A stretch of 27,545 nucleotides of DNA. It comes from an uncultured Dehalococcoidia bacterium. Lineage in GTDB: Bacteria > Chloroflexota > Dehalococcoidia > Lucifugimonadales > UBA3495. A program made the position numbers and the translations under genes. A model generated the notes under the pieces. The model was given only the letters and a program-made list of their open reading frames with translations, searched no databases and was not told the origin of the DNA. This document shows positions 16,920 to 27,240 of this stretch, piece after piece. The stretch spans positions 1 through 27,545 of the forward strand of contig CATMOE010000049.1 in the NCBI GenBank assembly GCA_950072105.1, written 5' to 3'. How positions within the stretch are numbered: position 1 is the stretch's first letter; every line of letters begins with the position of its first letter.

Positions 16920-18623
16920 TTACGTAATCTCCGGCAACGCTTGCAGCGCGGCAACGACCTCACCGGTCGGCACCAGGCTGGATGTTTCATCTAGGCGCTG
17001 TTTGAACTCGACCACGCCGGCCTTCATGTTTCGCGGGCTGACCACGAGCCGAACCGGCAAGCCAAGAAGGTCGACGTCGTTCAGCTTGACCCCGGCTGTC
17101 TGCTCAGTGCGGTCATCAAAGAGAACTTCTATACCTTGGTCTTGTAGCTCCTGATACAGCCGTTCCGCCTCTTCAGCAACCTGTTCGTCCGCCAGATTCA
17201 AGCCCACCAAGTGCACCTGATAGGGAGCGATAGTAGCCGGGAAAGCGATCCCTTTGTCATCATGATTCTGCTCGATCGCCGCTGCCAGTAATCGGCCCAC
17301 GCCGATCCCGTAGCACCCCATCAGTATGGGTTGATGCTGCCCATTTTGATCCAGATAATTCGCGCCCAGAGCTTCGCTGAAGAAAGTGCCCAGCTTGAAG
17401 ATGTGGCCCACCTCGACGCCTCTGACTGCTTCCAGGGGCTGGCCGCAGTTGGGACAGCCCTGACCCGGCCTGGCCAAGGCGATGTCGGTCAAGATGTCTA
17501 CTTGGAAGTCCCTGGGATAGTTCGCGCCGCGCAGATGCGTGTCCGGCTTGTTACCGCCCACCACGAAGTTGTTGCCGCGGGTGATGGACAAGTCGCCGAC
17601 GCGTTTGATGTCGTGGATCCCGATGGCCGAAGCGGAGCCGGCCACCAACCCGGCTTTGGCGACTTCTTGGTCGTCGGCCAGGTGCAGATCGCTGGCGTGG
17701 AGGGCGTTTTTCAGCTTTATATCATTGACTTCCAAGTCGCCGCGAATGGTTACGAACACCAGCTCCCCATCGGCCATGTAGAAGACAGCCTTGAAGGTCT
17801 TTTCGTCGGAGATATTCAAGTACTGGGCCAGGCCGTCGATGGTCTTTACGCCGGGGGTGCTGACTTCTTCCAAAGATTCTTCGTCTTCGGCGGACAACTC
17901 GTGATAAACGCCGGAAGCTTTCTCGGCGTTGGCGGTGTAACCACAGGCGGAGCAGGTAATGACCGTGTCTTCCCCGGTCGGGGTGGTCAAAATGAACTCG
18001 TGAGAGTCTTTGCCGCCGATGGCCCCGCTGTCGGCCTCGGCCATCAACACCGGCAAGCCGCACCGGCGGTAGATGTTCTTATAGGCCTGAGCCATCGCCT
18101 GGTAACTATCGTCCAGGCTTTCCTCGTCGGCGTTGAAGCTGTAAGCGTCCTTCATCACGAACTCGCGCACCCTGACCAGCCCGGCGCGGGGACGGGGTTC
18201 GTCTCTGAACTTAGTCTGTATCTGATAAAGAATCACGGGGAGGTCGCGATAGCTTTGAACGTTGGCCTTAACGATGCCGGTAACCACCTCTTCATGGGTG
18301 GGCGCCAGAACCATGGGTCGGCCTCTGCGGTCCTCCAAAGAGAACAGGTTGTCGCCAAAAGCGGCGCCTCTTCCCGTTTGTTCCCACAACTCCATTGGTT
18401 GGAGAGCGGGCATCAGCAACTCTTGCCCTCCCGCCCGGTCCATCTCCTCGCGGATGATGGCTTCGATCTTGCGAAGAGACTTGAAGGCCAAAGGCAAACT
18501 GGCGTAAATTCCGGCGGCCACTTGATAGATCAGGCCGGCCCGCAGCATTAGGCGATGGCTGGCCGTTTCCGCTTCAGGGGGGTCGTCTCTCAGGCTCTTG
18601 GTGACTAGCTGAGAGACCTTCAT
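16920..18623 (-). CDS. proS: proline--tRNA ligase (bacterial type with editing domain)
   Basis: SHRLMLRAG, LAPTHEE, YQIQTKFRDEPRPRAGLVRVREFVMKDAYSF, ADSGAIGG..SHEF, GVEVGHIFKLG, MGCYGIGVGR. Confidence 0.98.
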   Translation of the reverse strand: MKVSQLVTKSLRDDPPEAETASHRLMLRAGLIYQVAAGIYASLPLAFKSLRKIEAIIREEMDRAGGQELLMPALQPMELWEQTGRGAAFGDNLFSLEDRRGRPMVLAPTHEEVVTGIVKANVQSYRDLPVILYQIQTKFRDEPRPRAGLVRVREFVMKDAYSFNADEESLDDSYQAMAQAYKNIYRRCGLPVLMAEADSGAIGGKDSHEFILTTPTGEDTVITCSACGYTANAEKASGVYHELSAEDEESLEEVSTPGVKTIDGLAQYLNISDEKTFKAVFYMADGELVFVTIRGDLEVNDIKLKNALHASDLHLADDQEVAKAGLVAGSASAIGIHDIKRVGDLSITRGNNFVVGGNKPDTHLRGANYPRDFQVDILTDIALARPGQGCPNCGQPLEAVRGVEVGHIFKLGTFFSEALGANYLDQNGQHQPILMGCYGIGVGRLLAAAIEQNHDDKGIAFPATIAPYQVHLVGLNLADEQVAEEAERLYQELQDQGIEVLFDDRTEQTAGVKLNDVDLLGLPVRLVVSPRNMKAGVVEFKQRLDETSSLVPTGEVVAALQALPEIT

Positions 18624-19768
18624 TGACGTTTCGAATCAACGGTTACCGGAGTGTTCTCCACCTCTTCCATCAGGGCCGTCAGCATGTCTTCCTCAGCTAC
18701 CACCTTGACCTTCACACCCTTGCGGAAAATAATGGCTCTGCCCGCTCCGGCGGCGATGCCCACGTCGGCGTCCTTGGCTTCTCCCGGACCGTTGACCTCG
18801 CAACCCATCACGGCAACGGTGACTTCCTTTTTACTGGCTTTTAGCAGATCGTCAACCTGATTGGCCAGCTTTACCACGTCTACGTCCGCCCGCCCGCAAC
18901 TGGGGCAGGCGACTAGAACCGCTCCCTTTCGCCGCATGTTCAGGGACTTGAGTATCTCGAATCCGGCGAAGACTTCGTCTTTAGAGTCGCCAGCCAACGA
19001 CACCCGTATGGTGTCGCCGATCCCTTGGTACAACAACATCCCCAACCCCACGGAGGACCGGATGGAGCCAGCCTGGACCGTGCCTGCCTCGGTGATTCCC
19101 AAGTGCAACGGGTATGGCACCATTTCGGCCAAGTTGGTATACGCTTCGACCGTTGTTGGCACGTCGAAAGCCTTCAAAGAAATCTTTATCTGGTCGAAAT
19201 CCTGCTCTTCCAGCAGGCTGATCTCCCACAAGGCGGTGGCGACCATATGGTCGACGACGCTGTACTCCCCTTCCGCGGCTTTGCCGGCCTTGGGCAACTG
19301 GTTCACCAAGTCCATGTGCCGGGAGAAGCCTCGGGTGCGGCCTATGCCGCCTACCGGGGGTAAGCTGCCGAAGTTCACCCCGATACGGATGGGAATGTTG
19401 CTCTCCTTGGCGGCCTGCACCACTTGGCGCACTTGAGCTTCGTCACGAAGGTTGCCGGGATTCAGGCGCAGACAGTCGACGCCGCCCTTGACGCACTCCA
19501 AGGCAAGTTGGTAGTGAAAGTGGATGTCGGCGACCAGGGGGATATGGATCTGCTTCTTGATCTCAGCCATGGCCTTGGCTGCTTCCATGTCAGGTACGGC
19601 GCTACGGATAATCTCGCAGCCCACCTCTTCCAGTTCATGGATCTGGCGTACGGTGGCGGCCACGTCCCGGGTGTCCGTTTTGGTCATGGACTGTACGGTT
19701 ACGTCGGCTCCACCGCCAATTTTGACTCCGCCAATGGTAACCGGCTTGGTGACTCGGCGTTTGTTCAT
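18620..19768 (-). CDS. ispG: (E)-4-hydroxy-3-methylbut-2-enyl-diphosphate synthase
   Basis: VQSMT, PLVADIHF, RLNPGN, HLGITEAG, GIGDTIRVSL, CPSCGR, VAVMGCEVNGPGEA. Confidence 0.97.
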   Translation of the reverse strand: MNKRRVTKPVTIGGVKIGGGADVTVQSMTKTDTRDVAATVRQIHELEEVGCEIIRSAVPDMEAAKAMAEIKKQIHIPLVADIHFHYQLALECVKGGVDCLRLNPGNLRDEAQVRQVVQAAKESNIPIRIGVNFGSLPPVGGIGRTRGFSRHMDLVNQLPKAGKAAEGEYSVVDHMVATALWEISLLEEQDFDQIKISLKAFDVPTTVEAYTNLAEMVPYPLHLGITEAGTVQAGSIRSSVGLGMLLYQGIGDTIRVSLAGDSKDEVFAGFEILKSLNMRRKGAVLVACPSCGRADVDVVKLANQVDDLLKASKKEVTVAVMGCEVNGPGEAKDADVGIAAGAGRAIIFRKGVKVKVVAEEDMLTALMEEVENTPVTVDSKRQ

Positions 19769-19962
19769 TGGGGATTCCTATCAAAGCCTCATAAAGAGGG
19801 AGATATTCGCGTAATCCGAAGGTGTTGAATCGGTATTGCTAGCGCGGCGGTAAGAACTTGCGCCAGGGTCATGGTACTGGGAACCGGAACTATTTCCCGG
19901 GGACAATGTTACACGAAAGGGGGAAGCGGTGCCAGGGTATAGCCGCGGGAGTCCGAACGCGT

Positions 19963-21327
19963 TCAGCCCAAAAAGCTCTGGCCCTGGATGAGGCGATTGA
20001 TGTCGTTGGCGCTGATCAAGATGATGAAGCCGATCAGAACCACAAAGCCGACGAGATGCACCAACCCCTCTTTATCCGGAGGCACCCGCTTGCCACGCCG
20101 GAGCCATTCCAGCAATACGAAGACCAATCGGCCGCCGTCCAACATGGGGATGGGCAGAATGTTCAGGATGGCAAGGTTGATGCTTAGCAAGATGGTGATC
20201 GCCATCCAACCTTGCAGCCCGCCCTCTTTGGTGAATTCACCCGCTATCTGGGCGATGCCGATGGGTCCAGAGAGTTGGGGGGCAGAGCCACTGGAGAATG
20301 CGCCAAAGATGCCCTGCTTCACCAGTCGCAGCAATTCCCAGGTGTTGACGAAGCTATTTCCGAAGGCTGTCCACGGGGCCTGAGAACGTTTCTCGATATG
20401 GGAGTTGTCCAACCGGGTGGCGATCCCTACCAGCCACCGCCCTTCCTCTCCAACGAACTCGGGCTGCACGTTAATGACCTGTTGCTTGTTTCCACGGAGA
20501 ACCAGCCACTCCATGGACGAGCCGCCGTTCAGGTTGATATACCGGATAAGATCCCCGGCGTTTTCTATCAGGCGTCCATCGGAATTCAATATGATGTCGT
20601 GCTGCTTGATTCCAGCCGACTGGGCGGGAGAACCCTCAGTGACCTGATCCACCGCCACCTGTCCCACCAGAATCTCCTGGGGCATCATCAGCAGGACGGT
20701 AAAAAAGGCGATGGGCAGGATGGCGTTCATCAACGGCCCCGCGACCAGTACTAGGAAGCGAGTGCCAACTCCCTTGCCTGCCAAACTGCGCGGCACTGCC
20801 GGGTTGCTTTCCCCGGCCAGGCGCACAAATCCCCCTAGAGGGGCCCAGTTCATGGTATAAAGCATGTCCGCCAGCACTATGGATCCGTCCTCGACGGCGC
20901 GAACCTTCCCTTCGTGCTTCAGCAGTTCGTCGGAATCTGATAAATCGTCGGGCTGAACGGGAGCCGAAACTGCATCGGATTTCCTTTTGCCTGTCAGTTT
21001 GGCTATCAAGCTCTTGGCCGCGAGAGGCGATTCAATCACCTGGGCAACCAGATTCCCTTGGGAATCTTCACCCGATGAAACTTTCACCAAACTGCCAACT
21101 TTTATATCGGATGGGCCGGTCAGGTTTATGAAGCGGGTTTCAGGGGAGATCAAGACCCGGGTCTTGCCGGTATAAAGGGTATATGCCCTGGGAGGAAAGC
21201 CGACGCCGAATTCCAGAACCTTGACTCCCAGTTTGCGGGCGGTGGCGTAATGACCAAATTCGTGGACCACCACCAAGACCACCAGCATGGGAACCATGGC
21301 GCCGACCGCGATCAAAAAGGTTTCCAT
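19963..21327 (-). CDS. rseP: RseP-type intramembrane zinc metalloprotease (M50, one PDZ domain) with a large insertion
   Basis: HEFGH, EFGVGFPP, PLGGFVRL, AGPLMN, PDZ (SPAQSAGIKQHD), SGPIGI, NILPIPMLDGG; located between dxr and ispG. Confidence 0.93.
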   Translation of the reverse strand: METFLIAVGAMVPMLVVLVVVHEFGHYATARKLGVKVLEFGVGFPPRAYTLYTGKTRVLISPETRFINLTGPSDIKVGSLVKVSSGEDSQGNLVAQVIESPLAAKSLIAKLTGKRKSDAVSAPVQPDDLSDSDELLKHEGKVRAVEDGSIVLADMLYTMNWAPLGGFVRLAGESNPAVPRSLAGKGVGTRFLVLVAGPLMNAILPIAFFTVLLMMPQEILVGQVAVDQVTEGSPAQSAGIKQHDIILNSDGRLIENAGDLIRYINLNGGSSMEWLVLRGNKQQVINVQPEFVGEEGRWLVGIATRLDNSHIEKRSQAPWTAFGNSFVNTWELLRLVKQGIFGAFSSGSAPQLSGPIGIAQIAGEFTKEGGLQGWMAITILLSINLAILNILPIPMLDGGRLVFVLLEWLRRGKRVPPDKEGLVHLVGFVVLIGFIILISANDINRLIQGQSFLG

Positions 21328-21348
21328 TCAGCCACTACCCTTCAAATA

Positions 21349-22464
21349 CTACCCGGCTATCTTGCTGGCCAGCGCGGTGGCCCAACGATCGGCCTCCAGC
21401 ACCTCTTCGGCGTCACGGCCCGGTGATGGATCATGCTGGGCGAGCACCTGCTCCACCAATTGATATATGCCGGTAAATGGTATCTTGCCTTCTAAGAACG
21501 CGTTCACGGCAATCTCATCCGCCGCGCTAAGTACCGCCGGGAAGGTGCCGCCGCGCCGCCCTGCCTCCACAGCCAAACCGAAACACGGGTAGCGATCCAT
21601 ATCAAGGGGCTCAAATGTCAGCGAATGGGCTATGCTTGTATCCAATTTGGGAATCATCTCATTGGGGAGACGGTGGGGATAAAAGAGAGCGTATTGGATG
21701 GGCAACCGCATGTCAGGCGGTCCCAATTGGGCTTTTATAGAACCGTCTGCAAACTCGACCATGGAATGAATCGTGCTCTGAGGATGCACTACTACTTCTA
21801 TCCTATCCCAGGGCACGCTAAATAACCAGTGCGTCTCAATGACCTCGAAGGCTTTGTTCATCAAGGTCGCCGAATCAATGGTGATCTTACGGCCCATCTG
21901 CCAGGTGGGGTGCTTCAGTGCTTTTTCCGGGGTTACATGGGCTAGTTCTTCCAGGGGAGTTGTCCGAAAAGGGCCGCCCGATGCTGTAATCATCAACCGT
22001 TGGATGGGGTTGTCCTCTCCCCGAAGGCATTGCCAGATAGCGCTGGGTTCGCTGTCCACGGGCAGAACTACGCCACCGTATTTCTTCTCGTAGTCCTTGA
22101 TGATGGAGCCGGCCATCACGATGGGCTCTTTGTTGGAAAGGGCCACTGATTTCCCGTGCTTCAGGGCGCTAAGGGTTGGGAGCAACCCCACACTGCCCAT
22201 GGTTGCCACCATCACCTGGTCCACATGCTCTAGGGCGACCATATCTGCCATGGGAGTGAATGAGACGCCATCGGGCAATGAGTCCAGCGGTTTGATGCAA
22301 CAGACGTGGCTCGGATTAAACTCCGCCATCTGCTGTTGCAACAGTTCTAGATTGTTGCCTGCGGCCAGTCCAACAACATCAAATTCGCCTGGAAATGCCC
22401 GCACAATGTCCAGGGTTTGTCTGCCGATGGAGCCAGTGGAACCGAGTATTACTATCTTCTTCAT
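21349..22464 (-). CDS. dxr: 1-deoxy-D-xylulose-5-phosphate reductoisomerase
   Basis: ILGSTGSIG, LSNKE, LPVDSEP, TASGGPF, HPTWQMGRKITIDSATLMNK, HPQS.IHSMV, PDMRLPI. Confidence 0.98.
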   Translation of the reverse strand: MKKIVILGSTGSIGRQTLDIVRAFPGEFDVVGLAAGNNLELLQQQMAEFNPSHVCCIKPLDSLPDGVSFTPMADMVALEHVDQVMVATMGSVGLLPTLSALKHGKSVALSNKEPIVMAGSIIKDYEKKYGGVVLPVDSEPSAIWQCLRGEDNPIQRLMITASGGPFRTTPLEELAHVTPEKALKHPTWQMGRKITIDSATLMNKAFEVIETHWLFSVPWDRIEVVVHPQSTIHSMVEFADGSIKAQLGPPDMRLPIQYALFYPHRLPNEMIPKLDTSIAHSLTFEPLDMDRYPCFGLAVEAGRRGGTFPAVLSAADEIAVNAFLEGKIPFTGIYQLVEQVLAQHDPSPGRDAEEVLEADRWATALASKIAG

Positions 22465-23282
22465 GAAGTAAACACCGTGGCTACAAGATAGTACACCGCA
22501 GGCACCGATATCACAATGCTATCCAGCCGGTCTAGGATGCCGCCATGTCCGGGGAAAAGATTGCCGGCATCTTTCACGCCGGCGATCCGCTTCAGCTTGG
22601 ATTCCAGTAGGTCGCCCCATTGTGCGGCCACGCCCACGACCGCGCCGATCACGCCCACCTGCCACAGCGGGATTCTCAGGTCAAAAATCGCCCCCAAGAC
22701 CAAGGCTGCCGCCACCGCAAAAACGAATCCTCCGGCGCTCCCTTCCCACGTTTTGCCGGGACTTACAGTGGGAGCCAGGGGCCTACGGCCCAACAACCTT
22801 CCCGTGAAACATGCGCCGGAATCGGTGGCGAATGTTACAAGTACGGCAAAAATCAGCCAATCACGGCCCAATGATCCGCCCCCATCCAATCCCCGTAGCG
22901 CCAAGCTATGGCCTAGCAGAAACCCGATGTAGATCGGACCGCCCAGAAGATATATGACGGCCGTTAGGCGCCGGCGTGCGGAATGGAAGGCAATCATCCA
23001 GAGCAAAGCTACGAAGACCCCGGACACCCAGATGCCGCCGGAAACGATCAGAAGGTCGAGCGTGCCCGACGCGGCACTGGCGCCCACCACTAGAGCGGTG
23101 GTCCATACCATCCCTAAGGCAATGGGCAGCGGTCCAGTCTCGGGAGGCAGTAGCCGGTAAAACTCGCGGATGCTCAACGCCGCGGCCAAGACCACTAAGG
23201 CCGCAAGAGAAATGCCGCCCCACCAAACGAGGGTCAGCAGGATAGGAGTCCCCACTAAGGCTGTCAGAACCCGAGGGAGCAA
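22461..23282 (-). CDS. cdsA: phosphatidate cytidylyltransferase
   Basis: SPGKTWEG, GDLLESKLKR..GVKDAGNLFPGHGGILDRLDS; multi-TM. Confidence 0.96.
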   Translation of the reverse strand: MLPRVLTALVGTPILLTLVWWGGISLAALVVLAAALSIREFYRLLPPETGPLPIALGMVWTTALVVGASAASGTLDLLIVSGGIWVSGVFVALLWMIAFHSARRRLTAVIYLLGGPIYIGFLLGHSLALRGLDGGGSLGRDWLIFAVLVTFATDSGACFTGRLLGRRPLAPTVSPGKTWEGSAGGFVFAVAAALVLGAIFDLRIPLWQVGVIGAVVGVAAQWGDLLESKLKRIAGVKDAGNLFPGHGGILDRLDSIVISVPAVYYLVATVFTS

Positions 23283-23285
23283 TCG

Positions 23286-24029
23286 TTATTCCTCGGGTTC
23301 CACTCTGCCGAAACGCCGTTGACGGGTGCTATACGCCTCTAGGACTTGCTCTAGCTCTTCAGAATCCAGATCAGGCCAGAGCGTGGGTGTGTGGAAGTAT
23401 TCGCTGTAGGCGGACTGCCACAGCAGGAAGTTGCTGATCCGCATCTCACCGCCGGTACGGATTATCAGGTCGGGATCGGGAGAGTGGCCGGTGAACAAGT
23501 ACTTACGAAATAGCGCTTCATCCACCTGATCCTCGGGTATGCCGTCTCGAATGATCTTCCGCACCGCCTCCAATATCTCGTCGCGCCCACCGTAATCAAA
23601 AGCCACGTTCAGGGTTATGCCGGTATTATTTCGGGTCAAGCCCTCCGCATAGGCCACCTCGTCTTGCAGTTGGTGACTGATACGGTCTTGTTTGCCGATG
23701 TGGACGATGCGCACGTTGTTTTCGTGAAGGGCCTCGGTCTGGACCCGCAAAGCTTGTTGTAGAATCTCTAGGATCCCCGCGACTTCCTCTGCGGGACGAT
23801 TCCAATTCTCCGTTGAGAATGCGTAGAGGGTAACGTATTCCACGCCCTTGGCGGACAGAGTCTTGAGGATCCTCTGGATGGAATCCACGCCGACACGATG
23901 TCCATCCAAACGGGGTAGCCCCCGTTTCTGAGCCCATCGCCCATTACCGTCCATGATAATAGCTACATGTACAGGTACTTTTCCCTTTGCTTGGGAGAAA
24001 TTTTGGGAGTCTGCGGGCTTAGTTTGCAT
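23286..24029 (-). CDS. uppS: polyprenyl (undecaprenyl) diphosphate synthase
   Basis: HVAIIMDGNGRWA, YAFSTENWNRP, DYGGRDE, PDLIIRTGGEMRISNFLLWQSAYSE. Confidence 0.97.
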   Translation of the reverse strand: MQTKPADSQNFSQAKGKVPVHVAIIMDGNGRWAQKRGLPRLDGHRVGVDSIQRILKTLSAKGVEYVTLYAFSTENWNRPAEEVAGILEILQQALRVQTEALHENNVRIVHIGKQDRISHQLQDEVAYAEGLTRNNTGITLNVAFDYGGRDEILEAVRKIIRDGIPEDQVDEALFRKYLFTGHSPDPDLIIRTGGEMRISNFLLWQSAYSEYFHTPTLWPDLDSEELEQVLEAYSTRQRRFGRVEPEE

Positions 24030-24032
24030 CGG

Positions 24033-24623
24033 CTAGACCTGCAGTATCTCCGCCTCTTTGGCGGCGCCGACTTGATCCACGGTTTTGGTGTGGCCGTCGG
24101 TTGCTTTCTGCAGTTGGTCTTGAGCACGGCGGCTCTGGTCTTGGGAGATGTCTTTGTCCTTTTCCATCTTTCTCAATCGATCCTGCCCGTCCCGGCGCAC
24201 GTTTCTGATTGACACCTTTCCATCTTCAATCTTGCGTTTTAGCACTTTAACCAGGTCTTGGCGCCGTTCTGTGTTAAGCGGAGGCACCGGCACCGTGATA
24301 TTGGTTCCGTCGTTGGAGGGGTTGAACCCCATGTCCGACATTAGCAAGCTCTTCTCGATCTCCTTCATGGCCGCTTTGTCCCAAGGTTGGACCATGATGG
24401 CCCTGGCATCTGGTGCGGAGATGGATGCGATCTGATTGAGCGGCGTGGGCACACCGTAGTAGTCCACTTTGATGTTCTCGATCAAAGAAGGCGTCGCCCG
24501 GCCGGTCCGGAGTGCGCTGAGTTCCCGCTTAAGAGCGTCGATCGCCCGGTCCATTTTATGGTCCACGTCGGTCAGAACAGTCTCGGGTGTCTGGTCATTA
24601 CCGCCGTCATTATTTGTCGTCAT
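24033..24623 (-). CDS. frr: ribosome recycling factor
   Basis: LRTGRA, YYGVPTPL.Q.A, NPSNDG, PPLNTERR, IRNVRRD; ATG 24623 has GGGAG upstream (alternative TTG 24629). Confidence 0.97.
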   Translation of the reverse strand: MTTNNDGGNDQTPETVLTDVDHKMDRAIDALKRELSALRTGRATPSLIENIKVDYYGVPTPLNQIASISAPDARAIMVQPWDKAAMKEIEKSLLMSDMGFNPSNDGTNITVPVPPLNTERRQDLVKVLKRKIEDGKVSIRNVRRDGQDRLRKMEKDKDISQDQSRRAQDQLQKATDGHTKTVDQVGAAKEAEILQV

Positions 24624-24625
24624 GG

Positions 24626-25366
<741 letters not shown>

Positions 25367-25867
25367 TTATTCTCCCAGCGCCAATCGGTTGAATCTCACT
25401 ACCCGAACGTTCTCGCCAACCTTGGCCGCCATCTCTTGAACGATATCCGCGACCGAATTTGAGTTCCCTTTGATGAACGGTTGTTTTAACAAGCATACCT
25501 GAGCCGCTGGCCGGTCGTCGTCCTCTTCCTTATCGCTTTCATCAAGGTAGGCAGGCGCCATGGCTGCCACCTGCATGGCGATGTCATGGGCTAAGGATTG
25601 GAACTCGGGAGTTCGGGCAACAAAATCTGTTTCGCAGCCCAACTCAATTATCGCTCCGACCCGCCCACCGGTGTGGATGTATGCTTGGACCACTCCCTGA
25701 TTGGTTTCACGGTCCGACCGTTTGGCTGCTTGGGCGAAGCCTCTATCCCTTAAGGATTCGACCGCTTTGTCCATATCCCCTTGAGTCTGCTCCAGGGCCT
25801 GCTTGCATTCCATGATTCCGGCCCCGGTTTGGGTGCGCAGGGCTCGGATTTGATCGACGCTGACCAC
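25367..25867 (-). CDS. tsf: elongation factor Ts (short form)
   Basis: LRTQTGAGIMECKQAL, ELGCETDFVAR, IAMQVAA, KVGENV.V.RF; likely start GTG 25867 or TTG 25870 after GGAGG (25880-25876). Confidence 0.96.
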   Translation of the reverse strand: MVSVDQIRALRTQTGAGIMECKQALEQTQGDMDKAVESLRDRGFAQAAKRSDRETNQGVVQAYIHTGGRVGAIIELGCETDFVARTPEFQSLAHDIAMQVAAMAPAYLDESDKEEDDDRPAAQVCLLKQPFIKGNSNSVADIVQEMAAKVGENVRVVRFNRLALGE

Positions 25868-25972
25868 CAAGTATGCCTCCTGTATTTTCAAAGGGAAACT
25901 ATGCCGTGCGATTAGAACCGGTACAACACTGCCGGTAGCCTGAGCCAGCGGCCACTCAATGGGCAGCTTTAA

Positions 25973-26971
25973 TTACGAGCTTGCCTCTTCGTTGTTAGGC
26001 TCCGGTTCGGAAGGCGCCGGCTCATCAACAACCGTGCGATCCAAAGATGCGATCTCGCGCCCCTCTGAATCCATTGCCGGTATCTCGGCTTTCTCTCCGA
26101 ATAGATCGGAGGTTACCGGGTCCGACCCCTCCGTCATTTCTACTTCATCGTCTTCAGCCAGTTGCAGTTCTTCCCGCCGGGCCTGTTCCAGCAGAGCCGC
26201 TTCTTCCTGTTCCGCCAAGAGCATGGCTTCTTTCTGAGCCGCGCCTTCCAGAACCGCGGAGGCCATTCTGCCCGCGATCAAACGGATGGACCGGACGGCG
26301 TCATCATTTCCGGGGATAGAGTGGGTCACTTTGTCCGGGTCGCAGTCCGTGTCCACGATGGCGAAGATCTGGATTCCCATGCGGCGAGCTTCAGCGATAC
26401 AGATGTCTTCTTTGCCGATGTCGATGACGAACAACGCCTTAGGCAGTTCGTTCATCTCCCGCATGCCTAGGAAATACTTTTCTAGCCTATTCAGTTTGTC
26501 CCGTAGTTTTACGCCTTCTTTTTTGGGGAGCACCCGTAAGTAACCGGCGTCCCTCTTTTGTTGCAGGTCAATCATGTGATTGATCCGCCCGCGAATGGTC
26601 TGGAAATTGGTCAGAGTTCCACCCAGCCAACGCTGGTTCACGTACCACATGCCACAACGTTCGGCTTCACTCTCGACGACTTCCTGAGCTTGCCGCTTGG
26701 TGCCCACAAACAGAACCTTGCCACCGTCGGCCACAACTTGGACCATTGCCCGGTAGGCCTCGTTGATCAGCCCCAGCGTCTGCTGTAGGTCGATTATGTG
26801 GATGCCATTACGTTGGGTGAAGATGTACCTTTTCATCTGCGGATTCCACCTTCGGGTCTGATGCCCGAAGTGAACGCCCGCCTCTAAGAGGGACTTCATC
26901 GTGATCGGTGCATTCGGTTCCCTGGGCGGAGCTGGACGCTCTTCTACTGGAACCTCTGGAGCCTGTACCAT
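25973..26971 (-). CDS. rpsB: 30S ribosomal protein S2 with acidic C-terminal extension
   Basis: [45 protein letters not shown]. Confidence 0.98.
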   Translation of the reverse strand: MVQAPEVPVEERPAPPREPNAPITMKSLLEAGVHFGHQTRRWNPQMKRYIFTQRNGIHIIDLQQTLGLINEAYRAMVQVVADGGKVLFVGTKRQAQEVVESEAERCGMWYVNQRWLGGTLTNFQTIRGRINHMIDLQQKRDAGYLRVLPKKEGVKLRDKLNRLEKYFLGMREMNELPKALFVIDIGKEDICIAEARRMGIQIFAIVDTDCDPDKVTHSIPGNDDAVRSIRLIAGRMASAVLEGAAQKEAMLLAEQEEAALLEQARREELQLAEDDEVEMTEGSDPVTSDLFGEKAEIPAMDSEGREIASLDRTVVDEPAPSEPEPNNEEASS

Positions 26972-27146
26972 AAAACCTGCCTTTCTAGATTAATTAACCT
27001 TTTATTTTCCAACCCGGCCTGTCGACGATTCCCAACAACGCCGTTGGCGTCTTTGAAAACCATTATAACTGTCAAACCCGTACTCGAAATTCGCCAGCCG
27101 CGGCCCATAACAAACACTGGCCGCCGGGTAAGCCGGGACTTGGAAT

Positions 27147-27175
27147 AGTATATCACAGGCGCAAATGCCGGGCAA
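27147..27175 (-). promoter_or_regulatory. sigma70 promoter of the rpsB-tsf operon
   Basis: Minus strand TTGCCC (27175-27170), 17 bp, TATACT (27152-27147) with extended -10 TGa. Confidence 0.65.
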
Positions 27176-27240
27176 TGATAAAATGCGCCGCCGCAAACGG
27201 GCATGTGGCTTCGATTCCTGAAGATGAGAGCCTTACCAGG

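Noticed and set aside
17331..18551. 406-aa ORF antisense to proS
   Set aside because: Lies entirely opposite a highly conserved gene, has no recognisable motifs, and is the usual stop-poor shadow frame of GC-rich coding DNA
25367..25867. Unusually short EF-Ts (about 166 aa)
   Set aside because: Short EF-Ts forms are known in several phyla; key motifs are intact, so it is not a truncation or pseudogene
25973..26220. Acidic C-terminal tail of S2
   Set aside because: Low-complexity acidic extensions on RpsB are common
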